64,000 nt of DNA from an uncultured archaeon (GTDB lineage: Archaea; Altiarchaeota; Altiarchaeia; JAFGQM01), in assembly GCA_964619365.1 (NCBI GenBank), contig CAZUDQ010000001.1, positions 18,929-82,928 on the forward strand, given 5' to 3'. Position 1 is the stretch's first letter. Every line of letters begins with the position of its first letter. Positions 37,801 through 46,411 of the stretch are shown piece by piece. The notes below the pieces were generated by a model that saw only the letters and a program-made list of their open reading frames with translations, had not been told where the DNA came from and ran no database searches. The translations under genes and the position numbers were made by a program.

Positions 37801-39603
37801 TAATATTCCAAGGTCTATCTCACCTTCATCGTATGTTGCAATGACGTTTGATGTGAAATCACCGGTCAGCGCGCTTCCATTAAAGGTTATTCCAAGAGGT
37901 ATTCTTATTGGCGCTTCTGCGTCAGTTAAGGTAAGCGGCACGACTGTAAAGAGTCCATCTCCAGCTTCATATACACTTATATTCTTTTGGATTACTCCGA
38001 TGCAATTATCTACTGTTGCTGATATTACAAGAAGATGTTTTCCGCTTATCGGAGTTGGTGAGACGCATACAACAGAAGTTCCTTCTCTCGAGCAATTTCC
38101 TCCGCTAAATCCAACAGCATAACTTGCAGTCTGCGTCACGTCTTCCCCGTTGCATGTCGCCTTGGTAAACCCTGCGCGGAAGTCCTCATCATTTATTGCG
38201 ATATTTGGATAGTACACTCCGCTAAAAATTATTTCAGAGGGGATTGAGTCAAGTCTTATTGTAACAGTCTTGTTGTAATACGGTTTGACTGACAGGTTTG
38301 AAGTCGTCGCGTCCATATAATCCTCAACGCCAGTTACTATGAAATAGAAGTCTTTTGTAGAATCTACCTCCACGTATTCTGTGAAATTGCCTTCGGTCTT
38401 AAGGGAATCATACTCTCCATTGCCACCTATGCGCTCACCGTCTTCATAAAATAGGTTTATTGTGGCATCTTCTGTCAAAATCTCACTGTCTGCTCCGATT
38501 ATTTTTGCTCGTACTGCAGATATAAAATTGCATGTAACCTCTAAATTCAGGGTATTAGAATCAATAGGTATTGTTGCCTGTGATGCGACGCATCCATCTT
38601 CAATGCCCACTGCTTTTATGTAACCAGTCTGCCCAGTTGGAAGCTCTACTTCAACGCAACCTGACGAATCTGTGTCATATTGACCAAGGCTTATTCCTGC
38701 AAGTGAATATATCTCTATTTTGGAAACTGCAGAATCCGCACATATAGTTAAAAGACCTTCGTCATCCTGTTGTCTAGGATTAAGTGAGATTTGTTTTGAT
38801 ACTGTCGTTCCTGATATCAGGCTAAATGGGTTTTTGCTACCATCATAATCCTGGTACCCTTGGCTTTCGGCCATTATGGCATAGGTTCCTGCTTCGAGTG
38901 AGAAGGTGACTTCGTTGGTGACGTCTTTTGAATCCATCACCGCATAAGCGCTTCCAGTCGGTTTTATTATAGATACCTTGCCCGGGATTATGACACCTGT
39001 TGATGATTCAAGAAGAACAACACGTATGTAGCCCGTGCCAAGTCCCATGTCTTTTTCACTTTCTTTCTCGAAGAAATCTGAGGATAAAAGAATATTTAAA
39101 ATCGTTTCATCTTCATCTATTGTAAAGAAATCAGAGTTTCTGGTTTTTCCGTTCGCAGAGTTTCGGACAACTGCCCTCACTGCATCTGCTTTTGTGGGAA
39201 TTGAAAATGTAAATTCTGCTTTCTGCCCAGATTTTTGCTGTAAAGTCGAGCCTGATGCATCCTGAAGACTAACTGTGACTGAGGATTCTATTGGGGCTCC
39301 CGAAAGAAGGACTATAAACTTTTTTGAAGGGACTGTAATCTCAGTATCACGACACTCGCCACAGTCCTCTGGACATGATGAACATGTTTCGTTCTCAGAG
39401 CAAAGACCGTCACCACACTCATCAACTGGGGCTACACTTGGTCCAGACATCAGGAACAATGCGAGGATTGCAACTACAATGATTAGAGCTATTGGAAAAA
39501 CTAATGGTGGGATGTGATGCTTATCAAAAAACGCGCCTAGTTTGACGGCATCTAAGACGGGCCATAAAGAATCATTTAACTTGTCTAGTATTCCTGGTGA
39601 CAT
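34849..39603 (-). CDS. Giant surface protein (1584 aa) with three tandem dockerin-like domains, MopE-like Cys/Asp motifs and an extra C-terminal domain
   Basis: Shared N-terminal motif; GDINNDGKIDELD...ADVNSDGIIDEQD and two further pairs; EVCYDGYDNNCDG; CPYVYSYDG. Confidence 0.87.
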   Translation of the reverse strand: MSPGILDKLNDSLWPVLDAVKLGAFFDKHHIPPLVFPIALIIVVAILALFLMSGPSVAPVDECGDGLCSENETCSSCPEDCGECRDTEITVPSKKFIVLLSGAPIESSVTVSLQDASGSTLQQKSGQKAEFTFSIPTKADAVRAVVRNSANGKTRNSDFFTIDEDETILNILLSSDFFEKESEKDMGLGTGYIRVVLLESSTGVIIPGKVSIIKPTGSAYAVMDSKDVTNEVTFSLEAGTYAIMAESQGYQDYDGSKNPFSLISGTTVSKQISLNPRQQDDEGLLTICADSAVSKIEIYSLAGISLGQYDTDSSGCVEVELPTGQTGYIKAVGIEDGCVASQATIPIDSNTLNLEVTCNFISAVRAKIIGADSEILTEDATINLFYEDGERIGGNGEYDSLKTEGNFTEYVEVDSTKDFYFIVTGVEDYMDATTSNLSVKPYYNKTVTIRLDSIPSEIIFSGVYYPNIAINDEDFRAGFTKATCNGEDVTQTASYAVGFSGGNCSREGTSVVCVSPTPISGKHLLVISATVDNCIGVIQKNISVYEAGDGLFTVVPLTLTDAEAPIRIPLGITFNGSALTGDFTSNVIATYDEGEIDLGILPLGEDEGFFYVDLNSPFTGDHSLVIDLGKVVDGKYYSGTFTVAGIRSMPTRETLTIDSTVSQRFPDPGELFSVTAKLKMGSEYVEDLTNLFAEFNGESQMMFWDNSTRAYSASFDASDEEGIYAIVFKVGGRKVGEEKVYVSNEDFERSSKCEISNCASPSDVRECVKSHKDDLMHSERETINCFEDGWGLAGEVSIAHCLSELASKGDWNNNCYLDSSGAYNDKTIMSEVISRLSEDELQNYLACGDIDNDNDIDNDDLTCLANIISGKWIGDAGTEEDTCSSQLKGGFCFDIKLDSPIPGDFNRDKVIDEIDIELMEKAVLAVRSGVTPTTEVLALIDFNWDGTIGQIDLDCLKKFESLDFDDGLRGEISLSENIPAECMGVFRLQCGNKGDINNDGKIDELDYAVIALIVYGYLTPDLPIAECADVNSDGIIDEQDLVCLNSYLWGNSEDWLVCLDCDENLPEGAYSTLEVCYDGYDNNCDGLLDDEDPSCACTETTPCEMLRNIKGVYAEDLKDDDFEICRDASWDEGGYQWFKKSEFPPACTKDRGCQWFSCNGNTWKCSESQWYEFYPENTLPGEKCEDGWDNDCQGGDAPCPSEGGDDECPYVYSYDGTNYILEAVAFPLSLSPSLEIYSYSRLPSLKETNGILTVAIAQALPDTTNINTMRLFAVSHPKGSEIVPDIDGSNTVIISPQEPKSCITKYGVDCLDYVAEPEGKMYVYDLKLSPPKNPDNIYDPVYVDFEVPNGAKEAKLILKGTVTDMLVFMWWGVEETLKEKPYGILTLPILNALDSFIDRNGKVWIEYEKDGKWILAGKHYFGYAFAGDAGKISVTIPTKESNLRVRLTSPIGGFSIDYIAADFSDIEPSSVIELPMLNAVDSSGKEVYTELSKDDNKYVEILQGEWVKAFFDSNMKTNLGEELSYVFWPKGYYKFELGSEFMGTDLDLIEVIASGQELYSYMIENYVPNIEEFARIYSPVEIDF

Positions 39604-39634
39604 TTCGGCTCGTAAGTATTTAGGGTGAGCCGAA
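39604..39634. promoter_or_regulatory. Inverted repeat TTCGGCTC-N15-GAGCCGAA between TATA-like box and start codon
   Basis: 8-bp arms abut the ATG of the 1584-aa gene. Confidence 0.4.
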
Positions 39635-39667
39635 TAAAAACAATTTCTTTTAATCAGAAAAATTAGG

Positions 39668-39728
39668 TGGCGGGGGGAAAGAATCAGATAACCAACTGGA
39701 GGAAAGGCATCCGCTTACCACCCCCGCC
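39668..39728 (-). ncRNA. Candidate ~60-nt structured small RNA with GC clamp
   Basis: GGCGGGGG...CCCCCGCC terminal stem in AT-rich intergenic DNA; TTTTTAT TATA-like element ~25 nt upstream on the minus strand. Confidence 0.35.
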
Positions 39729-39764
39729 TTGGCTTATCTATAAAGTAAAAGGATAAAAAGATTA

Positions 39765-40832
39765 TTATATTATTCCGGCACCTATAAGGAGTGATATTAT
39801 AAAGCTTGAATAAAGTGCCAAAAGCAAAATTCCTTCCGGCCAGTTAATTTTCCAGCGCCATCGTATGAAAACAAGAATAAGCGATGTTGTCAAAAGCAGT
39901 ACTGGTAAGGAATAGTTGAGCTCCCACTGTGTGACGGCTAAGGGGGCAACCATTGCTGAGAGTCCTCCGACAAGAGTTATGTTAAATATACTTGAGCCAA
40001 TGACGTTGCCAAGTATCATATCACCAAGACCGCGTTTAATTGAAGAGAATGATACCATAAGCTCTGGAAGGGAGGTTCCAATCGCAATTATCGTTGCCCC
40101 AATTATTGCTTCAGAAATGCCAAGTTTTGTTGCCATTTCAACAGCCTCACCGACAAGGAAATCGGCGCTTATGAGTATCAATACGGCAGCAATTGCCACA
40201 ATTATCAAGCTTCTTGTTATCCCTGCCTCATATTTTTTAGCGAGGTGAGCCTTACTTTTATCCGACTCTTTTTCAAATCCTTCTTCTACAAAGTCTGCTG
40301 TACCTTTTTCTTTAGCTACTTTTTGCTCCGGCTTTTTAACATGATATCTAAAGTGCAGCAATTTCGAGGCACCAATGCCCCGTATTCTTTTCCTGAATTC
40401 AAGAGCATAGAGTAAATAGACTATTGCCACAATAAATAATACCAACCCTTCTATCCTTCCTATGACCCCTCCCATTGCAAATATGTAAAAAACAATAACT
40501 GAAAGAAGAAGCATTAGGCAATCGCGATAAAACATCCTTTTTGTGCTCTTTATCGTCATAAGGATTGTGACAATTCCAAGATTTAGGGCAAGGTTTGACA
40601 TATCAGCGCCCACAATATTCCCAACAGCAAGCTCTGATGCCCCCGAGAAAGACGCCATTACAGCCGATGCCAGTTCTGGGAGAGATGTCCCTATCGCAAC
40701 CACGGTAAGGCCTATTATAAATTCTGATATCCCAAAGTACTCGGCTATCTTTGAAACCTCTTCGACTAGGTAATCACTTGCTTTTATAAGTACTGCAAGT
40801 GAGCCAAGCAATAGTAAGACACTGATTAACAT
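39765..40832 (-). CDS. Ca2+/Na+ antiporter (CaCA, YrbG/NCX_Mj type)
   Basis: Two alpha repeats GTSLPE and GNIVG/GNVIGS. Start reassigned to ATG 40832. Confidence 0.93.
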   Translation of the reverse strand: MLISVLLLLGSLAVLIKASDYLVEEVSKIAEYFGISEFIIGLTVVAIGTSLPELASAVMASFSGASELAVGNIVGADMSNLALNLGIVTILMTIKSTKRMFYRDCLMLLLSVIVFYIFAMGGVIGRIEGLVLFIVAIVYLLYALEFRKRIRGIGASKLLHFRYHVKKPEQKVAKEKGTADFVEEGFEKESDKSKAHLAKKYEAGITRSLIIVAIAAVLILISADFLVGEAVEMATKLGISEAIIGATIIAIGTSLPELMVSFSSIKRGLGDMILGNVIGSSIFNITLVGGLSAMVAPLAVTQWELNYSLPVLLLTTSLILVFIRWRWKINWPEGILLLALYSSFIISLLIGAGII

Positions 40833-40933
40833 GTTTTGATTATTTGTCAAAGAACTGATTAAAAGACTCTCGTTTGCAAATGATATTTTTAAGAACCGTC
40901 GCCTTATAAATCCCACCCGTTAAAAACAATAAC

Positions 40934-42223
40934 ATGCAAGTAATAGAGATATACCTTGAGCCTGGAGAAGGCAAGAAAGGTGCGGCCATACTTGACGAGC
41001 TAGGTGTCCAGGGCTTTGACTTGATAAGCTCAAAGACAAACGATCTTATAACAATAAGGCGCCCACTTGATAAAACAGACAGTATCATATCGGCATTTGA
41101 AAGCAACTTCAACTTCAAGGTATCAGAAAGCCGCGGGATAATAGTCCTTAGCCCGGATGTCGTAATCCCAAAGGAGGAATATGATTCTGCAAAAAAGAAA
41201 TCTGAAAAAAGCCCTTGGGAAGTACTTGTAGATTATGGTGAGAACAACTGCAACCTTGACTCAAAGTTCATCGCGCTTTTTTTCTTTTCCATAATACTTG
41301 CAACTCTTGGACTCATAACAAATAATGTTGCAGTCATTGTCGGTGCGATGATAATTGCTCCGGCCTTTGGCCCGCTTGCATCAGCCTCAATTGGGATAGT
41401 CACTGGACGTCCCAGCCTAATCGGAAAAGGGATAAAGACTGAACTCGTCGGAATTGCTTTTGTCATAGTAATTGCTGCAGTAATTGCCTTCCTTCTCCCG
41501 GATGTTGGGATGAATGAATCCCTTAGGAGCAGGATGTATCCAACGATTTATGACCTTGTAATCGCCCTTGCAGCAGGTGCTGCCGGAGGTTATGTACTTG
41601 TCTCAAGCAAGCAGTATGCAAACGTCGTTGGCGTCATGGTCGCAGCAGCCCTTGTCCCTGTAATGGCCGCAATTGGTATAAGCATAACGTTTTTTGAACC
41701 AAGTATGGTCTTTGGGGCAATACTCCTTCTTCTTGCAAACGTCGTCTCAATTGTCTTTTCAATTGTCCTGGTCCTCTGGTTTGCAGGACCAAAGAAGGAA
41801 AAAGTCGATGTGACTTATGGGGAAAGCAAGAAAAAAGAGGATGTTGGAAAACTTGTTGGCAACATAAGGGACGCGCGGGACTTAAAGCGGAAGGAAAGAA
41901 GCGTTGCGCGGGCAATAAAGGTTCTTTTCCTTGCAATAGCACTTATTGCAATCGTCCTTGTATGGGTTAGCTACGATGATCTCATAATGCGAAGTCCTGA
42001 AGAAACAGTAAGGGAGGCTTTTGAGGAATCTGCAATACCGGGACTCAGCCTTGGTGAGGTGTGGGTAACTGGGAATGTACTGCGCGTACTTGCTTTGGAA
42101 TATGAGTCTGTTGATAACAAAGAACTCTCAAAACTTGAAAATACGATTTCTGCAAGAATAGGTCCGGCATACACAATTGAGATGAATGTAGTGGGTGCGC
42201 GAACACTTAGCGGGGGCACGTAG
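40934..42223 (+). CDS. TIGR00341/DUF389 family membrane protein
   Basis: VIVGAMIIAP, DLVIALAAGAAG, GVMVAAALVP. Confidence 0.9.
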   Translation: MQVIEIYLEPGEGKKGAAILDELGVQGFDLISSKTNDLITIRRPLDKTDSIISAFESNFNFKVSESRGIIVLSPDVVIPKEEYDSAKKKSEKSPWEVLVDYGENNCNLDSKFIALFFFSIILATLGLITNNVAVIVGAMIIAPAFGPLASASIGIVTGRPSLIGKGIKTELVGIAFVIVIAAVIAFLLPDVGMNESLRSRMYPTIYDLVIALAAGAAGGYVLVSSKQYANVVGVMVAAALVPVMAAIGISITFFEPSMVFGAILLLLANVVSIVFSIVLVLWFAGPKKEKVDVTYGESKKKEDVGKLVGNIRDARDLKRKERSVARAIKVLFLAIALIAIVLVWVSYDDLIMRSPEETVREAFEESAIPGLSLGEVWVTGNVLRVLALEYESVDNKELSKLENTISARIGPAYTIEMNVVGARTLSGGT

Positions 42224-42300
42224 GCTAAGGTATAAGCTAATTAGGCATTTGGGTATGATTAATAATAACGATACTTAAGGAGCGTCTAGTTATTACGATA

Positions 42301-43806
42301 TTAGGCTACTGTAAATGGATTCTCACCTTCTGCAATAGCTAAAGCGTAGGCCAACTTAGACTTGCTTTGTGCATATAATGTATAGAGTGGCTCGCCGATT
42401 TCAGCCTTTTCCCCAGCTTTTTTGTGCAGGTACATGCCAGCCCGCGGATCCTTTGGACATCCTGCGGTCTTTGCAAGATTTGCGACAAGTGAATTTGAAA
42501 GAGCTGTTATCTTGCCGGATTCTGTTGCAAGTATATCCTTTTTGAACCTGCCGATTGCGATATCAGATGGTTTAATCATCGGGTTTCCACCCTGTATTTT
42601 TATTATCTCGCGCATCTTTTTTTCTGCGGCGCCAGACTCAAGAGCTTCGCGCGCGTCCTTCTCACCGTCTTTGACAGATTTTGCCCCGTCTGAAAACGCC
42701 ATTATTTCTCCTGTCATCATGATACTCTTTTCAGTAAGGTCCATTGGGCCTTGTCCTGCTAGTGCCCACAAAACATCTCTTGCTTCAAGTGCCGGACCTA
42801 TGCCGTTTCCGATTGGTTGTGCCCCTTTTGTGTAGATACAATGGACTTTCATGTTGACATGCTCTCCAAGATTAATAAATTTCTTTCCGAGTTCTTCAGC
42901 CGCCTTTTTTGTGGATATCTTGGCGCCGGGTCCATGAGGTAAATCTATTAAGACGTAGTTGCTTCCGACACTCTTTTTCTTTGAGATTATGCTCGCAAGT
43001 ACCTGTCCTTCGGCATCAATTGAGAGGGGGTATTCGACATGGATTATCTTATCATCTGCCGGGGCAAGGTTGACTGCCCCCCCCCAGACTATGCATCCGC
43101 CTGTTTTATTTACAAATTTCTTTATGTCGCTTGCACCATAGGAAACCGGGCACAATACTTCCATAGTATCTGCAGTTCCTGCAGGAGAGGTTATCGCACG
43201 TGATGAAGTCTTTGGCATCTTAAGCCCTAATGAGGTGCATATCGGAACAACCATCATTGTCGTCCTGTTTCCAGGTATTCCCCCGATGCAATGCTTGTCT
43301 ATTACCTTACCTTCAAATTCTAACTTGTCTCCTGTTTCCACCATGGCAACAGTAAGTTTGCATGTCTCTTTCCATGTGTAACCATGTATGGCAGCTGCCG
43401 TTACAAAGGCACTTAGCTCGATGTCTGAGAGCTTGTCATCGACAATGTCGCTTACAATCGTAGTTATTTCGTATTCAGAGAGTTCTTCACCGAATATCTT
43501 TTTTCTTATGAATCCGATAGACTCTGGTTTTGGGCGCGGACAAACATAGACTTGTGACTTTGGTGAAAGCTTCATCTCACAGGCTAGTTCGTTAAATACG
43601 CCGACTTCCCCCGCTGAGACCATGGTATCGGTTATATCAACAATTCCAACTTCGCCAAGGTCACATGACTTGCTACGGGAAAGACTGACACGGTCACCAA
43701 CGTGTATGCCTAAGTGCTCGCAGTCTATCTCATGTAAAAGTACTATGCTGTTTCCTGCATCAATATCTATAGACCGTACTTTAAGGCGTCCTAAACTGTT
43801 GTCCAT
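42301..43806 (-). CDS. deoA: AMP phosphorylase
   Basis: DKHCIGGIPGNRTT, KTSSRAITSPAGTAD, WGGAVNLAPADD, GNGIGPALEA. Confidence 0.95.
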   Translation of the reverse strand: MDNSLGRLKVRSIDIDAGNSIVLLHEIDCEHLGIHVGDRVSLSRSKSCDLGEVGIVDITDTMVSAGEVGVFNELACEMKLSPKSQVYVCPRPKPESIGFIRKKIFGEELSEYEITTIVSDIVDDKLSDIELSAFVTAAAIHGYTWKETCKLTVAMVETGDKLEFEGKVIDKHCIGGIPGNRTTMMVVPICTSLGLKMPKTSSRAITSPAGTADTMEVLCPVSYGASDIKKFVNKTGGCIVWGGAVNLAPADDKIIHVEYPLSIDAEGQVLASIISKKKSVGSNYVLIDLPHGPGAKISTKKAAEELGKKFINLGEHVNMKVHCIYTKGAQPIGNGIGPALEARDVLWALAGQGPMDLTEKSIMMTGEIMAFSDGAKSVKDGEKDAREALESGAAEKKMREIIKIQGGNPMIKPSDIAIGRFKKDILATESGKITALSNSLVANLAKTAGCPKDPRAGMYLHKKAGEKAEIGEPLYTLYAQSKSKLAYALAIAEGENPFTVA

Positions 43807-43814
43807 TGTCTTAT

Positions 43815-45083
43815 TTAGGCTTTAACTACGCCCCATTTTTTTATTGCAACGGAAAGCTCGCTGTTTGTTTTTGCAGCTTCTTTTAAGGTCTTGCCATCGG
43901 CTACTGCCTGAGCTGCCTGCCTTAGTGAGGCCGCGCCTGCTATTGTCCCACCGGGATGTCCATGCACCCCACCACCTGCCTGTAGGATTATATCCTTTCC
44001 AAGATATTTGACAATTGCCGAAACGTGACCTGCATGAAGACCACCAGAACAAACTGGGAATGTTGATTTCATCTTGAGCCAGTCCTGGTCAAGAACATCG
44101 CCATGCTCTTTAATCTCTTGTTCTGAAATCTCATTTTTAATGTCGATTATCTCCTGCTTCCCACCCTGCATCTTGCCGACTATAGTTCCGATGTGAAGCT
44201 GGTCCATCCCGACCATCCTTAAGCATTTTGCATAGGCAAGCATTGTGATTCCGTGCTTTGGATTGCGGGTGAGCATTGCATGTCCTGCCCGGTGTGCATG
44301 TATCACAAGGTCAAGACCTACGTCTCTTAGCGTCTGGAGACCAGAAAATCCGCATGTGAGAACGTCAACCATGACATATTCACCGCCCGTTTCCTTTACG
44401 AATTCTGCGCGCTTTATCATCTCGTTTGTTTCAGCAGTCACATTTGGCATGTAAATCTTCTTTTCGCCGGTTTCTTTCTCTGCTTTATCCCTAAGCTTAA
44501 GGACTTCGGGGATGCGCTTGTAGAATGGATTAAATGTCTGGGAAGTTAAGTTCTCATCATCTTTTACTATGTCAAGACCGCCTGCCCAGGCCTCATATGC
44601 CACTTTTGCATGCTCTTTATAGTTAAGTCCTACTTTTGGCTTGACGATTGTTCCCACAAGCGGCCGGTCATAGACTTTAAGGAGCTTTCTTACGCCAGGT
44701 ATTCCAAACTTTGGCCCGGGAAAGCTCTTTATCATCTTTTGGGGAAAGCCAATATCAAGAAGGCGCAGATTGCTAACAGCTTTCATTCCATAGATGTTTC
44801 CGGCAATTGATGACCAGATTTCAGGCATCGAACCTTTTTCGAAAAGCTTGAGTGGGTATGCAATCTTTGTTGTTTTCTTTTTTTTATCAATTTCAAAAAC
44901 ACGCGCCGAAAGCTCCTCTTTTGTCTCTTTAGAAAGAGTAGTAAGTTCTGTCCAGGTACCTATGCTTGATTCTGCAGCAACTTCCTCGCATGCTTTTTCA
45001 AGCGTTATCCCGTTTGGCTCAAGATAATATTTGCAGATTATATCAGTTTCTGCAGGCTTATATTTTAAATCTAGGTAGGTCAT
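43815..45083 (-). CDS. rbcL: Form III ribulose-1,5-bisphosphate carboxylase
   Basis: AESSIGTW, GTIVKPKVG, catalytic KDDEN, HAHRA, loop 6 GKMQG, SGGLH, GGGVHGHP. Confidence 0.96.
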   Translation of the reverse strand: MTYLDLKYKPAETDIICKYYLEPNGITLEKACEEVAAESSIGTWTELTTLSKETKEELSARVFEIDKKKKTTKIAYPLKLFEKGSMPEIWSSIAGNIYGMKAVSNLRLLDIGFPQKMIKSFPGPKFGIPGVRKLLKVYDRPLVGTIVKPKVGLNYKEHAKVAYEAWAGGLDIVKDDENLTSQTFNPFYKRIPEVLKLRDKAEKETGEKKIYMPNVTAETNEMIKRAEFVKETGGEYVMVDVLTCGFSGLQTLRDVGLDLVIHAHRAGHAMLTRNPKHGITMLAYAKCLRMVGMDQLHIGTIVGKMQGGKQEIIDIKNEISEQEIKEHGDVLDQDWLKMKSTFPVCSGGLHAGHVSAIVKYLGKDIILQAGGGVHGHPGGTIAGAASLRQAAQAVADGKTLKEAAKTNSELSVAIKKWGVVKA

Positions 45084-45175
45084 TTTGTCTAAACTGTATT
45101 TGGGCTTTTAGTTACACAAATATTAGCAGGACTATGATAAAAGGATTTTTCAAATATTGTTAAATAGATACACTT

Positions 45176-45844
45176 TCACTTAAACATTCTGGTGTATTCT
45201 CTTATGTCATCGGATGAAAGCGAGCATCCTGAACGTTTTAAGGATACAAGACAGGCTTCAAACATATGACGGGGTTCGGCTGAAAAATATTTAGCCAGTA
45301 TACCTTTCTCAAAACAAACTGCAACAAGTTCGGCAGACCGTATTATCTCAACTCCTTTACAGTACTTTTGAAACTCTTTTGCTCGCGCAAAATCCATTGT
45401 TATGTGACGATGGAGCCTGTGGTGAAGAAGTGAAAGCAAGTCTTTTGGCTGCTCAATAAGATAACGCAGGGTTCGCTCGTCCATCAAAAGAACGTCCCCG
45501 TCGTTTGCCAGAGCAAGTGCCTCGGCCTCCCCTTGTTGGATTATGTGAAGCTCTTTGCCTTTTGCCCTGTAAACTGAATTGGCGACATCCATTATCCCAT
45601 AGACCTCTTTTTTATCTGGAGTCTCAAGCTTTAGGATACCTGAATCAAGCATTGCGCGAAACTTCATCGGACCCATGAGATGATTTCCGCGTTTTTCGGG
45701 AGTTGTTATTATTTCTTCAACGACGGCAGGAGTTATTATGAAATCGGCATATTTTGATAGTTCAAACACCAGAGGTGTCATGCAATTAATGGAAAGTGAG
45801 ATTAGTGCGCCTGAATCGCATATCACTCTTTTTTTCTCAGTCAT
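45176..45844 (-). CDS. PIN-domain protein (DUF3368/COG2405-like)
   Basis: ICDSGALI, V.EE, QGEAEALALA and LLMDERTLR acidic PIN residues. Confidence 0.75.
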   Translation of the reverse strand: MTEKKRVICDSGALISLSINCMTPLVFELSKYADFIITPAVVEEIITTPEKRGNHLMGPMKFRAMLDSGILKLETPDKKEVYGIMDVANSVYRAKGKELHIIQQGEAEALALANDGDVLLMDERTLRYLIEQPKDLLSLLHHRLHRHITMDFARAKEFQKYCKGVEIIRSAELVAVCFEKGILAKYFSAEPRHMFEACLVSLKRSGCSLSSDDIREYTRMFK

Positions 45845-46409
45845 CTTTTATGTTAAAAATGCGCCTTGCGCTCTCAAATCGTTTTGCGTTTGACCTAGAC
45901 CCTTTTAGCTCGTGGATTTTTGTCGTGCCAACATATGATGAGACTTCGGAGGGCTCGGCGCCCGTCATTTCTGATGCGCGCCTTACTGAAAAACCCTTGG
46001 AATAAAGGCTTGCGGCTTTCTTGATTTTTGCCTTATCAATGAGGGTGTCCTCGAAATTGCCTTCTTTTCTGTCAAGGTCAACAACCCGGTTTTCTGCATC
46101 TTCAAGAGCAAGAAGAGTCTGCTTTTTTGGACCCGCAAGTGCTCGCTTTAAGTCGTTTATTATCTGGTCATAAAACTTTTCTGGCAAGCCCTTGTAGTGG
46201 ACTTTTGTCATTAGTTTTGAAAGGGAGTAGTCAAGGAGACCTATAAGCATAAGCTCCCTATGGCTTTCGACAGCCGCCTCTGCGCTTGCCTCTTCTGAAA
46301 CACGACGCAGGGCAAGGTCTTCTCTTGCCTCAATTGCGATTATCGAGTCCTCAATATATTTTTTGAGGCTTATATAAGCGTCATTTGATTCAGTTTTTGG
46401 TTGAGGCAT
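45837..46409 (-). CDS. Helical protein with C-terminal UPF0175-like HTH
   Basis: AASLYSKGFSVRRASEMTG HTH. ATG 46409 lies 2 nt after the upstream stop (alternative ATG 46424); 8-bp overlap with the PIN gene. Confidence 0.7.
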   Translation of the reverse strand: MPQPKTESNDAYISLKKYIEDSIIAIEAREDLALRRVSEEASAEAAVESHRELMLIGLLDYSLSKLMTKVHYKGLPEKFYDQIINDLKRALAGPKKQTLLALEDAENRVVDLDRKEGNFEDTLIDKAKIKKAASLYSKGFSVRRASEMTGAEPSEVSSYVGTTKIHELKGSRSNAKRFESARRIFNIKDD

Positions 46410-46411
46410 TT

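Noticed and set aside
39695-39710. GAGGAAAG as the RNase P RNA P4 signature
   Set aside because: The intergenic space is far too short and the complementary 3' P4 strand is absent.
43815-45083. RubisCO as evidence of Calvin-cycle autotrophy
   Set aside because: It is form III, flanked by AMP phosphorylase and R15P isomerase, and no phosphoribulokinase is present in the window.
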